62,056 nt of DNA, taken from the IMG/VR virus record IMGVR_UViG_3300012920_000038, positions 1 to 62,056 of that record, one strand, 5' to 3'. The position numbers were made by a program, and so were the translations under genes. Source of the stretch: a virus. Lineage: Duplodnaviria > Caudoviricetes. Of this stretch, positions 18,487 to 27,410 are shown in pieces. The stretch's first letter is position 1. Each line of letters begins with the position of its first letter. The notes beneath the pieces are model-generated. The model was not told the origin of the DNA. It worked only from the letters and a program-made list of their open reading frames with translations, and did not search any database.

Positions 18487-19395
18487 ATGAATGTATTGAT
18501 ACTCGGCAACGGCTACATTGGTAATCATTTGTACAAGCATCTCATGTTTGATAACACGTGTGTTATTTTTTCAAGAAAGAATTTAGATTACACTGTTGAG
18601 CAAAAACTAGTCGACTACATCACAGAGAATCAAATCGACTGTGTCATTAATGCAAGTGGTTATACTGGTAAACCAAACGTGGATGCATGTGAAGATGATA
18701 AACAAGCATGCTGGTACAACAATGTTGTCGTGCCAAAAATAATTGAACAAGCATGCAAGCGTGTTGATTTATATACTGATTATATCGGATCTGATAAACG
18801 TAGACATATACTGTATTTGCATGTATCGAGTGGGTGTATATACACCGGGTACAATAAACCTTACACAGAGGAAGACGAACCTAACTTTGGTTTGTATAAT
18901 AAGAGTAGCTGGTACAGCAAAACCAAGCACGCAGGTGAGACTGTCCTGGACAAAAACTACACAACAATATTGCGAATTCGAATGCCTTTTTCTTCATGCA
19001 TGAGCGATCGAAACTTTATCATGAAAATGTTAACATATGACAATCTTGTGAGTCATATGAACAGCATGACATGTGTTGAAGATCTATGTTATTTTGTCGC
19101 AACAGTGATCGACATGTCATTAATGTATACTGAATCGCTGGCTGGTATTTACAATGTTGTACATTCAACACCTACATGTGCTCACAACATCGTGCACTTG
19201 TTACAATCCAAAGGAATTGATAAAAATTTTAAATTCGACGATACAAAAATAGTCATGAAAGCGCCAAGAAGTAATTGCATTCTATCTGATGATAAGATAC
19301 AATCATATAATATGCCGTTACCAGATATTAACAAATCATTAGAAAACGCAATATCAAATGTCGCTGAAAAATACAATAAAGAAAGCATTTGGTAG
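18487..19395 (+). CDS. NDP-4-keto-6-deoxyglucose 3,5-epimerase/4-reductase (RmlD / NRS-ER-like extended SDR)
   Basis: Rossmann motif ILGNGYIG, GYTGKPNVDACE, SSGCIY, catalytic YSKTK, LRIRMP and RNFI. Confidence 0.85.
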   Translation: MNVLILGNGYIGNHLYKHLMFDNTCVIFSRKNLDYTVEQKLVDYITENQIDCVINASGYTGKPNVDACEDDKQACWYNNVVVPKIIEQACKRVDLYTDYIGSDKRRHILYLHVSSGCIYTGYNKPYTEEDEPNFGLYNKSSWYSKTKHAGETVLDKNYTTILRIRMPFSSCMSDRNFIMKMLTYDNLVSHMNSMTCVEDLCYFVATVIDMSLMYTESLAGIYNVVHSTPTCAHNIVHLLQSKGIDKNFKFDDTKIVMKAPRSNCILSDDKIQSYNMPLPDINKSLENAISNVAEKYNKESIW

Positions 19396-19666
19396 TAAGG
19401 ACAAGACACACGATACTGACAGCTTGACAGTCGGTGATATTTTTGGTGTGTCGGTTGGTACGTTTGTAGGTAAATTTTTTGTGTATATCAAAACTGTAGA
19501 TGAGGAAATGCATTTTTTGTTATTACCAGATGTACAAATAGAAAAGCTCACAAAAGATAAATTTACAACAGGTATACAAAACAACGTCTTAGAATATCAA
19601 GAAACACTACCAGATGAAATAACAACCTATTGCAAAGAACAATATGAAAAGAAACTTAATAATTGA
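19358..19666 (+). CDS. Hypothetical protein
   Basis: 102-aa ORF overlapping its neighbours. Confidence 0.6.
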   Translation: MSLKNTIKKAFGSKDKTHDTDSLTVGDIFGVSVGTFVGKFFVYIKTVDEEMHFLLLPDVQIEKLTKDKFTTGIQNNVLEYQETLPDEITTYCKEQYEKKLNN

Positions 19667-20513
19667 TTCCAATAATTTATTACACCGCTCGTTTTGGATA
19701 TCAAACAAATACAAGAGTGTGTCCGTACCTAAAAATTTCTTCACGTGTATCAGGAGTTACATGAAAGATCATTCCATCGAACCTACAAATGTATATATGG
19801 TGTGGGATGACAAGCTGGTGAGAGGCAGTACAAATCATCGTAAGCAGCTTGTCGAGGATGGTTATAAATCCACACGCGATGGCGAAAGAAATGCACAGGT
19901 GTATGAACTGTATAGAAACATACGCAAACTATGCAAATTGATTGGATATCATAACATGCATCCCGGTGTTTTAGAAGGTGACGATGTAATGGCATACCTG
20001 TCCAAAAAGCTACCCGGTCATAATGTTATTGTTAGTGTGGATCAAGATCTTGTACAGCTCATATCACCAACAGTTGATGTGTATGAGCCTATGAGAAAGA
20101 GAGTTATCACAACGCACAATTTCGAGCAATTTTTTCCGGTTCCGTTGAATAGATTTGTTGAGTTTAAAAGCGCTATGGGAGACAAATCAGACAATATCGC
20201 CGGCATTCCAAAAGTTGGACCCAAGCGTGCAGCGGCTCTCGTGAATGAGAATTTTGAAAGTCTGACTGACGAGCATCGTAAAATCCTAGAGAAGAACAAA
20301 CTGGTAATCGATTTGAATTACAGCTTGCAAGCGTATCCAAACGAGATAAAATTATATCAGAAACAACTAGACATGATTGACACGAATCAACAACCAGACA
20401 TCCCTGGTTTCATACAAGAATGTAAATCGATAGAATGTTATGATGTCACACAAGATTTTGCGAACACGCTTGTCCCGGAACCCAAACCTAGCTTGATTGA
20501 CACATTAACATGA
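19644..20513 (+). CDS. rnh: 5'-3' exonuclease / flap endonuclease (T4 RNase H-like)
   Basis: IIDSNNL, YKSTR, EGDDVM, SVDQDLVQL and H3TH motif GDKSDNIAGIPKVGPKRA. Confidence 0.9.
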   Translation: MKRNLIIDSNNLLHRSFWISNKYKSVSVPKNFFTCIRSYMKDHSIEPTNVYMVWDDKLVRGSTNHRKQLVEDGYKSTRDGERNAQVYELYRNIRKLCKLIGYHNMHPGVLEGDDVMAYLSKKLPGHNVIVSVDQDLVQLISPTVDVYEPMRKRVITTHNFEQFFPVPLNRFVEFKSAMGDKSDNIAGIPKVGPKRAAALVNENFESLTDEHRKILEKNKLVIDLNYSLQAYPNEIKLYQKQLDMIDTNQQPDIPGFIQECKSIECYDVTQDFANTLVPEPKPSLIDTLT

Positions 20514-21550
20514 TAATGACTGATCTTCCAGAAGAGTATGTGCTTCAAAAGTTTTACGAACATGCCGGTTATCCTAAACATAAAAAGATAACCAACGTAC
20601 ATGAGGCTGGTTGTCCTATGTGTCATGAAGGTCATAGCTGGGGAAGAAAAAGAAGGTTGTATTATATACCCAAGGAAAATAAAATATGTTGTCATAATTG
20701 TGGATGGTATGGTTCCCCAGTCAAATGGATACAGGAAGTCGCGAGAATGTCAAGAGAAGAGATTGAATATGAAATTCAAACAGGTGAGTATCGATACATT
20801 GATTTGTCAGTTGATAAGTCGACGGATGTTGTAAAAACAGTCAACATCGAGAAGTTACCAAAAGACAGTATAAACATGTCTGACACACAGCAATTGCTCT
20901 TCTATAAAAACAATCAAATGGTCAAGACATGTCTGGACACAATAGCTAAGCGAAGATTAGACACAGCCGTCAACAGACCTAAATCACTCTACATGAGCCT
21001 GTCCGATGTTGTGCACAAAAACCGTTTATGTATACCATTTTATGATAGCAACAACAACATTGTACATTATCAAACACGCGGTATTTTGAGCAAGGACCTC
21101 AAAGAACGTCCAAAATATCTATCAAAAATAAACAGCCAAAAAACACTATTCAACTTCAACAATGTTAGTTCACTCGGTGATAATCTATACATCTTCGAGG
21201 GGCCAATCGATTCATTCTTCGTGAAAGACTCTGTGGCAGTTGCTGGTATACAAGAAAATTCAATGAACGTGTTTACCAATTTACAGCAAAAGATGCTCAA
21301 TTCTAGACCATTGATGAACAAAATATGGGTGCTGGATAATCAATGGAATGATCAAGCCAGTCGAATAAAAACTAGTCGATTAATTGATGAAGGTGCACAT
21401 GTATTCATTTGGCCAAAGCAATTGTGTCAATTCAAAGACTTCAATGACATGGCTATAAAGTATGCATTAGACGAGATACAACACAAGTTTATCAATCAAA
21501 ATGTGTTTCATGGCCTATCGGCCAAATTAGCGTTCAACGCTATTAAATAG
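20510..21550 (+). CDS. gp61: DNA primase
   Basis: Zn finger CPMC...CHNCG, RLCIPFYD, TOPRIM FEGPIDS, VLDN and KDFND. Confidence 0.92.
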   Translation: MIMTDLPEEYVLQKFYEHAGYPKHKKITNVHEAGCPMCHEGHSWGRKRRLYYIPKENKICCHNCGWYGSPVKWIQEVARMSREEIEYEIQTGEYRYIDLSVDKSTDVVKTVNIEKLPKDSINMSDTQQLLFYKNNQMVKTCLDTIAKRRLDTAVNRPKSLYMSLSDVVHKNRLCIPFYDSNNNIVHYQTRGILSKDLKERPKYLSKINSQKTLFNFNNVSSLGDNLYIFEGPIDSFFVKDSVAVAGIQENSMNVFTNLQQKMLNSRPLMNKIWVLDNQWNDQASRIKTSRLIDEGAHVFIWPKQLCQFKDFNDMAIKYALDEIQHKFINQNVFHGLSAKLAFNAIK

Positions 21551-21968
21551 TATCGGCACCAGATTGCTTGTTTTTAGCAGCAAGCAAATATTGCTTCAAA
21601 GCTTCACCAAGAGCGGAAAGATCCTGAGCCAATCTTGAAATCTTTTTTGACTCACTTCTACCGACATCTGCCAAAATGCTATCACAGTCTGTCGCATTCA
21701 ATTGAGAGTTGATGGATCCCTCATGGAGACCATTGAGATACTCGATGAAACCTTCAACCTCATTGATCCATGTCTCAAGAGTAGAAACAGTGTTTGCCTG
21801 TTGCTCTGCTTGGAATTGCGCTACCGGGTTGTCAGGAACATCATTGAAAGTTTCTGGGTCAGTACCGTCGTCTAGACCGGCCTCAAATGCTTGTTCGTCG
21901 CTCATTTGAGCGGGTTCTACCTCTTCTTGTTCTAATAGATTGATCAATTTGTTTTGAAAAACTTTCAT
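21543..21968 (-). CDS. Acidic hypothetical protein (late promoter)
   Basis: 141 aa; ATAAATA on the minus strand at 21983-21977. Confidence 0.75.
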   Translation of the reverse strand: MKVFQNKLINLLEQEEVEPAQMSDEQAFEAGLDDGTDPETFNDVPDNPVAQFQAEQQANTVSTLETWINEVEGFIEYLNGLHEGSINSQLNATDCDSILADVGRSESKKISRLAQDLSALGEALKQYLLAAKNKQSGADTI

Positions 21969-21992
21969 ATTAAAAATATTTATTGCGTTAGA

Positions 21993-22000
21993 TATAAATA
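21993..22000 (+). promoter_or_regulatory. T4-type late promoter TATAAATA (back-to-back with a minus-strand ATAAATA at 21977-21983)
   Basis: Perfect consensus six nt before ATG 22007. Confidence 0.8.
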
Positions 22001-22006
22001 ATTAGG

Positions 22007-22402
22007 ATGATCGAAAAGAAAAAGCTACTATTTGAAGATCTAACACAACCTGGGGGTCAGTATAATCAGGCGAATAACAATCCGTCCGGTACAAGTCAGC
22101 GTCCTAATAAGGTCAATTTGACCGATTTGATTGACTATCAAAAACGGACAGCTAATCAGATCACCCGAGCACCAAATGTCATGCCTTTCCCGTTGACAAA
22201 AAATGTGATCGAGCAAATAGGCGATATTTATGTACAAGCTGTAAAGGTACAATCTGAACTCGGACAATCATATCAAAGCCCATTAATTTCTGATAATAAA
22301 GAATCGACTGATGCTCTCAAAGGCATGTACAAAAAACTCGAGAAAATCAAACTCATCGTGAAGTCTGTTGCAGACGAGATGAAAAAGCTTGATATTGAAT
22401 AA
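22007..22402 (+). CDS. Hypothetical protein (late promoter)
   Basis: 131-aa ORF with helical C-terminus. Confidence 0.75.
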   Translation: MIEKKKLLFEDLTQPGGQYNQANNNPSGTSQRPNKVNLTDLIDYQKRTANQITRAPNVMPFPLTKNVIEQIGDIYVQAVKVQSELGQSYQSPLISDNKESTDALKGMYKKLEKIKLIVKSVADEMKKLDIE

Positions 22403-22416
22403 AGTTACACTATAAT
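22389..22416 (+). promoter_or_regulatory. sigma70-type promoter TTGATA-N16-TATAAT
   Basis: GTG 22423 lies six nt after the -10 box. Confidence 0.72.
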
Positions 22417-22422
22417 AATAGT

Positions 22423-22881
22423 GTGTTAGTAAACATATTGAAATCTGTTGCATTGATGTGTGCTGTCAGCATGCTTGGTGCCGGTGCATGTTATGCTATT
22501 GGTGTGTCACCAATCGCTGGTTTTGTCGGAGTGTTCACTTTGCAGATAATTTTATACAACTGTGTGCGATACATACGTGAAAGTTACATGGCAGTACGTA
22601 TACAAGAGCTACAAACACAAGAGATTGAAAGCATGGAAAAACAAGGTATGGATCTAGCATGTGCACACTGCAAAGCAGAATCTTTTGTACCTATTAGATT
22701 TGACGAGCAAAATGATTTTAAATGTGAACACTGCGGAGAAACAAACACGATATATGTTAATGTCACTGTCGCGCGCGAGACGACATCTCTCAACATGGAT
22801 TCAATAACCAGGAGATTGTTGATAGATGACGAAGAACGCGCGAAGGATTCAATTTTAATCACGAGCGGTAAAGATGAATGA
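22423..22881 (+). CDS. Membrane protein with zinc ribbon
   Basis: Two N-terminal hydrophobic helices, a short coiled coil, then CAHC...CEHC. Confidence 0.75.
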   Translation: MLVNILKSVALMCAVSMLGAGACYAIGVSPIAGFVGVFTLQIILYNCVRYIRESYMAVRIQELQTQEIESMEKQGMDLACAHCKAESFVPIRFDEQNDFKCEHCGETNTIYVNVTVARETTSLNMDSITRRLLIDDEERAKDSILITSGKDE

Positions 22882-23287
22882 TGAACTAAAACAAACCACC
22901 GACAGAGCCGGCTCCGCGTCTTCAATCATGGCTCCAGTACCAGGTGAAAAGACCACAGTCGAAGACATGTTATCATGTGTGCAAAAATATTTTAAAGATT
23001 GTTCATATGACTGTGGTAAAAATTATATGGACGGTTACAATGTTGAGCTACTAAAAGACAAGATTGACATGTCTACACTATTGACCAGTCTGACTCGCAT
23101 GGTGTTTGACGAAGTGAGAAGACAAGATCATCTGACTGACGAGAACAAGATCGAACTTTCATTGATATTTCAATCAATTGAAAAATTGTTACAAGTAGTG
23201 AAACATTCAAATAAAACTGTTGCAAGTAATGATATATTATGTAAAATTATTGGATATTGTATAAAGAATCACCAAACATACAAATGA
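22874..23287 (+). CDS. Hypothetical protein
   Basis: 137-aa ORF in operon. Confidence 0.7.
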   Translation: MNDELKQTTDRAGSASSIMAPVPGEKTTVEDMLSCVQKYFKDCSYDCGKNYMDGYNVELLKDKIDMSTLLTSLTRMVFDEVRRQDHLTDENKIELSLIFQSIEKLLQVVKHSNKTVASNDILCKIIGYCIKNHQTYK

Positions 23288-23294
23288 ACATTTT

Positions 23295-23555
23295 ATGATA
23301 GACTGCAACAAATATAAAGAAGTAGATGTAACGCTGACAAAGACTAAGGACAAGACTGAAAACATGTCATATTACGAGTTGTCTCGATGGATGTCATTGA
23401 TCGAAGGAGTTGAATTTGTGAGCAAGAAGTGCAAACAATTGGGCATTTCAGATCGAAGCAATTGCTGGATCAAGCCAAACGCGCTACAAAAGTATATTGA
23501 TGAGAGAACACCAAGCATGCTGTTCGAAATCACGGATAACGACACTGTGGCTTGA
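23295..23555 (+). CDS. Hypothetical protein
   Basis: 86-aa ORF in operon. Confidence 0.7.
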   Translation: MIDCNKYKEVDVTLTKTKDKTENMSYYELSRWMSLIEGVEFVSKKCKQLGISDRSNCWIKPNALQKYIDERTPSMLFEITDNDTVA

Positions 23556-23558
23556 GCC

Positions 23559-23852
23559 ATGCATTACATCATCGGTACACAGATAGTATTTAGTAAAATG
23601 AGGCCTAGACCGGGCATGACAATGGAATCGGTCAAAAGCACCAAGCCGTCTGAGTTTGAGTATGGTAAGATATACACACTATACAACATATCCAAGAAAG
23701 ATGATCAATATACATATGTGTTCAGAGACTCTCAGCGCAAGTTGACAGAAAAAAATTTTGATACACTATCCGCTGGTGATCAATGGATTGCTAAATGTAG
23801 AAACGAAACGTTGCCAAACTATAATGAATTTTATAGCCGTAACACAAGTTGA
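23559..23852 (+). CDS. Hypothetical protein
   Basis: 97-aa ORF in operon. Confidence 0.7.
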   Translation: MHYIIGTQIVFSKMRPRPGMTMESVKSTKPSEFEYGKIYTLYNISKKDDQYTYVFRDSQRKLTEKNFDTLSAGDQWIAKCRNETLPNYNEFYSRNTS

Positions 23853-24512
23853 TTATTGATAGTCACCATACACATCATCGTTAACATTGTAATTGGTATA
23901 ATCAAATGTGTCTTTTGATAACTGATCAATCAATGGATCATCATCAACTTGATCACTAACATTTTCTGGTTGTAACCCAGGTTCAAAACTGAAGTCATGT
24001 CGTTTCGCTTTGAGTAGCCACACATAATGACCCAGCAACGGATTTATTTGATTGACATCTTGATCCATTCTTTCAGTTATCTCAAAATGCTTTCCACCTC
24101 TACCACCTGGTCTATCTGTACCGAGCTCCACAAGATCAAACACGTCACCCGACTTTGGTTCTTGTCCTTCACCCATCTGTTCATAAAATGTTTCAATGTG
24201 TATGAACGCTGTTATCTCATCATCCGCAACCAATCCAAATTGCTTCATCGCCACGGCGTTCTCATTTAAGTTTAATGCCATGATTAGTTTTTTAGGTTTT
24301 GCAAATTCAGCCGCTGGTTGTTCACCGTAGACTTGATCCATACCAGACAATGATAATGTTGAACTAAAAAAATTAACTTGTGTGCCATACAGATGCAGCT
24401 GCTCTTTCCACCACATGTTGTAGTTACCACGCTCATTATCGTTGATCGATTTGTCTAGGAATCTCAATCCACGATTGTTCTTGAAAATGTTTCTTGTCAG
24501 TTCACTCATCAC
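23853..24512 (-). CDS. gp14: Neck (head completion) protein, gp14-like
   Basis: EQLHLYGTQVNF, DQVYGE, KQFGLVADDEITAFI, PKSGDVF, FEIT and YVWLLKAKRHDFSFE match the gp14 pattern. Confidence 0.75.
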   Translation of the reverse strand: MMSELTRNIFKNNRGLRFLDKSINDNERGNYNMWWKEQLHLYGTQVNFFSSTLSLSGMDQVYGEQPAAEFAKPKKLIMALNLNENAVAMKQFGLVADDEITAFIHIETFYEQMGEGQEPKSGDVFDLVELGTDRPGGRGGKHFEITERMDQDVNQINPLLGHYVWLLKAKRHDFSFEPGLQPENVSDQVDDDPLIDQLSKDTFDYTNYNVNDDVYGDYQ

Positions 24513-24813
24513 GCACCAAAATGTAATTGCTCGTGACAGGGCATTGTTTGATTGTTATGCCTGTTGAGCCAAGTTTCTTGCCAGATGTACCGATGTCATG
24601 TATGTTGTATCGATTGCGTACGTAAGATATGTCACTCGGTGTCAACATGCACTGCTTCATTTTACCCTTTCTCATCATCTCAACTTTAGGATTCAGATCA
24701 CCTCTGCCTCTAGCATAGTCTGGCACTTGATTGAGCTTTTTACGATTCAATCCTCTTGACCCTAACCGTTGGTAGGGTTTGAGCTTGGCCATGAATACAT
24801 TCTCGTACAGCAT
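24502..24813 (-). CDS. Basic hypothetical protein (late promoter)
   Basis: 103 aa; TATAAATA on the minus strand at 24826-24819, five nt before the ATG. Confidence 0.7.
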   Translation of the reverse strand: MLYENVFMAKLKPYQRLGSRGLNRKKLNQVPDYARGRGDLNPKVEMMRKGKMKQCMLTPSDISYVRNRYNIHDIGTSGKKLGSTGITIKQCPVTSNYILVRDE

Positions 24814-24825
24814 ATTTATATTTAT

Positions 24826-24858
24826 AAAAAAACCTCAGGCTTTACAACCTGAGGTTTT
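24826..24858 (-). terminator. Rho-independent terminator (minus strand; possibly bidirectional)
   Basis: Inverted repeat aaaacctcagg-ctttacaa-cctgaggtttt with A7 on the left (U-tract on minus); lies downstream of ORF 24884-25675. Confidence 0.85.
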
Positions 24859-24883
24859 AAAAAGATTTGAGCGTTATTATGCT

Positions 24884-25675
24884 TTAAGCAATTAATCCTT
24901 GATTACCGCCCTTGACAGTACCGTCAACTTTTTGGTTAGATGGACTCATCATTTTAGATGATACATCAGCCAATGGTTTAGGTTTTCCGCCGTCTTCTTG
25001 TCCAGCTGCATCTCCGGAAGCTCCTCCGGATGTTACTTTGCTGGCAGTACCGGGCACTTTGTTGTTTTTGTCAGTCAATCCTGAAGGGTCATGACCAGGA
25101 TGAGCTCCGTCGTTGGTGTGTTCAGCTTCAACAGCTTCTGGGAATGGATTCTCTTCTTCGAATCCTCCGTCTTCCATGTCCTCAAGCTCTTCTTCTCCGC
25201 CGTCGTCGAGCTGAGCCATCAGCACTTCATGTAGCTTTTCAGCTATGTCGCGTGGCAATGTGAATGTAACCTCATCACCAGCTTCATCGTTCATATCACC
25301 CATGTCTTCTTCACCGCCAAATGGCATGTCGAGAGCATCTCCTAGCTCGTCGTCAGCTTCCATGATGGTGGAGTACAATTTGTCAAATATATTTTTGTCG
25401 CTCATATTAGTATTTATATCAGTATCACTTGAATTCTCTATTTTCTGCACATTTTCTGCTTGTGGGGATTCTTTCAAATTTTTCTTGTCGTTTTTCTTTT
25501 CAACAGGCTCTTCAACACCATCAACGTTTTCAGGACCACTGTCCTTAGGCTGTACACTATCATTAACGCCTTTTTCTTTATCGAATCCACGTGGTGTGGA
25601 GCTTTCATATAAAATATCTTCATATATATTTTCAAGATCTTTCATATGCCGTGTTAGATTTCTGGATTGTTTCAC
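24884..25675 (-). CDS. Acidic low-complexity late protein (possible prohead core or internal protein), with nested in-frame start at 25405
   Basis: 263 aa, D/E/G-rich; ATAAGTA five nt before GTG 25675 and TATAAATA five nt before the internal ATG 25405. Confidence 0.75.
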   Translation of the reverse strand: MKQSRNLTRHMKDLENIYEDILYESSTPRGFDKEKGVNDSVQPKDSGPENVDGVEEPVEKKNDKKNLKESPQAENVQKIENSSDTDINTNMSDKNIFDKLYSTIMEADDELGDALDMPFGGEEDMGDMNDEAGDEVTFTLPRDIAEKLHEVLMAQLDDGGEEELEDMEDGGFEEENPFPEAVEAEHTNDGAHPGHDPSGLTDKNNKVPGTASKVTSGGASGDAAGQEDGGKPKPLADVSSKMMSPSNQKVDGTVKGGNQGLIA

Positions 25676-25676
25676 G

Positions 25677-25686
25677 TAAGTACTTA
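25677..25686. promoter_or_regulatory. Palindromic TAAGTACTTA: overlapping divergent late-promoter motifs
   Basis: Reads TAAGTA on both strands between divergent genes 25675(-) and terminase(+). Confidence 0.6.
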
Positions 25687-25714
25687 TGCCCGTCTAGCAC
25701 AAAAACCATCAAAT

Positions 25715-27394
25715 ATGAAATCCAACAACAGAGATTACTATCTCGGAAACAAAAATCTACCAACCTCATCCGCGAAATTCGAGTACACACCGGAGATGAT
25801 CCGGCACTTGAAAAAAGCCAGTTCCAATTTATTATATTTTGCTGAAAACTTTTTTTATATTGTCAATCTAGACACTGGACGACAGACCATTTCACTGCAC
25901 AAGTGTCAAAAAAGAGCGTTGAGAAAGATGCGTGACAACAGGTTTGTCATATTACTAGCGAGCAGACAGTGTGGTAAAACAACAATGATGACAATATACG
26001 CGTTGTGGAACGCGTGTTTCAATGACGATCAGCGTATATTGATTGTAGCCAATAAGGAGGGTACTGCGATTGAAATTTTTCAACGAATCCGATTGGCTTA
26101 TGAGGAGCTACCCAACTGGTTGAAGCCAGGTGTTAAAGAGTATGGAAAGACAAGCATGACGCTGGTCAACGGCACACGTATTGGAATCAGCACCACCACC
26201 GGAACTGCTGCCAGAGGTCAGTCTGTCAATTGTTTGGTGCTAGACGAGCTTGCGTTCATTGACGCGCATTTGGTTGATCCATTCTGGAAATCGGTTTATC
26301 CGATCATCTCGAGCTCGAAAAAATCTAAAATTTTTATCGCTAGCACTCCTAACGGTACAGAAAATCTTTTCTACAAATTATATACAGGCGCAGATGCCGG
26401 TGAGAATGGATGGACACCAGAACGAATAGACTGGTGGGAAATACCGGGTCGTGATGACAAGTGGAAAACACAAACTGTCAAAACATTAGGCAGTGTTGAC
26501 ACGTTTGATCAAGAGTTTGGGAACGTGTTTTTACAATCTGGTGAGAGTGTTGTTGATGAAGAGTTGATGGACATGCTCACATTATCAACAAAAGCACCTG
26601 CACATGTACTAGAAGAAGGTGCATACAAAATATGGAACCCACCTGAAGAAGAGCACATATATACAGTTGGTGTTGACATCAGCGAGGGTGTCGGAAAAGC
26701 TGCAAGTGTGGTACAAGTGTTTGATATAACAGACCTAACATGTATAACACAGGTAGCATCATACACGAGCAACAGCATCAGTCCTTTCAATTTCACAACC
26801 AAATTATACGAGATCTTACAACAATGGGGATCGCCATTAGCGTTGATCGAGAGAAACAACTGTGGTGCACAAGTTGTAGACACACTAAAAAACAAGTATG
26901 ATTATGAAGGTATCGTGACATACATGCCCAATCAAAAGAAAGTTGATCCAAATCGCCTAGGTGTTCTGGCACATACAAATACAAAATACAAAGGTGTTGT
27001 GAACATGAGATACTGGATGAACGAGCTCAAATGTGTGGTGTTACAAGACGCGAGAACAGTACACGAGCTGAAAAACTTTGTACGATATCCAAACGGAACA
27101 TGGAAAGCTCGTGAAGGTGTCGACATGTATGACGATCACGTGATGGCCATGATCTGGGCGTTGATGATTCTTGAAACAGCGATAACACAACAATATCTTG
27201 AGATCGTGAAAATGGATGACAATGACCGCCCGTTGATCGTGAAACCTCTGGATTTTGGCATTCAAGCTTTTCAACCAAAAGAAGGACCCATCACACAGTT
27301 CATGAACGAGCAGATGATGCCAGTGATGTTCAGTGATTTCACCAGCAACGACGACATTATGGATCTAGAGTCTCAAGGATGGAAGATGATGTGA
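25715..27394 (+). CDS. gp17: Terminase large subunit
   Basis: YLGNKNLP, Walker A ASRQCGKTT, Walker B LVLDELAF, IASTPNG, FDQEFG, nuclease VGVDISEG and DDHVMA; likely start ATG 25715. Confidence 0.96.
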   Translation: MKSNNRDYYLGNKNLPTSSAKFEYTPEMIRHLKKASSNLLYFAENFFYIVNLDTGRQTISLHKCQKRALRKMRDNRFVILLASRQCGKTTMMTIYALWNACFNDDQRILIVANKEGTAIEIFQRIRLAYEELPNWLKPGVKEYGKTSMTLVNGTRIGISTTTGTAARGQSVNCLVLDELAFIDAHLVDPFWKSVYPIISSSKKSKIFIASTPNGTENLFYKLYTGADAGENGWTPERIDWWEIPGRDDKWKTQTVKTLGSVDTFDQEFGNVFLQSGESVVDEELMDMLTLSTKAPAHVLEEGAYKIWNPPEEEHIYTVGVDISEGVGKAASVVQVFDITDLTCITQVASYTSNSISPFNFTTKLYEILQQWGSPLALIERNNCGAQVVDTLKNKYDYEGIVTYMPNQKKVDPNRLGVLAHTNTKYKGVVNMRYWMNELKCVVLQDARTVHELKNFVRYPNGTWKAREGVDMYDDHVMAMIWALMILETAITQQYLEIVKMDDNDRPLIVKPLDFGIQAFQPKEGPITQFMNEQMMPVMFSDFTSNDDIMDLESQGWKMM

Positions 27395-27410
27395 TATAAA
27401 TAATGTAAGC

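Noticed and set aside
25686-25697. Tiny upstream ORF (MPV*) before terminase
   Set aside because: Its ATG is only 3 nt from the promoter motif, so it probably lies upstream of or across the TSS; there is no support for translation.
4927-27394. Inteins, introns or homing endonucleases in gp43, gp41, UvsX or gp17
   Set aside because: Protein lengths and motif spacing are ordinary, and I saw no HNH, GIY-YIG or LAGLIDADG ORF.
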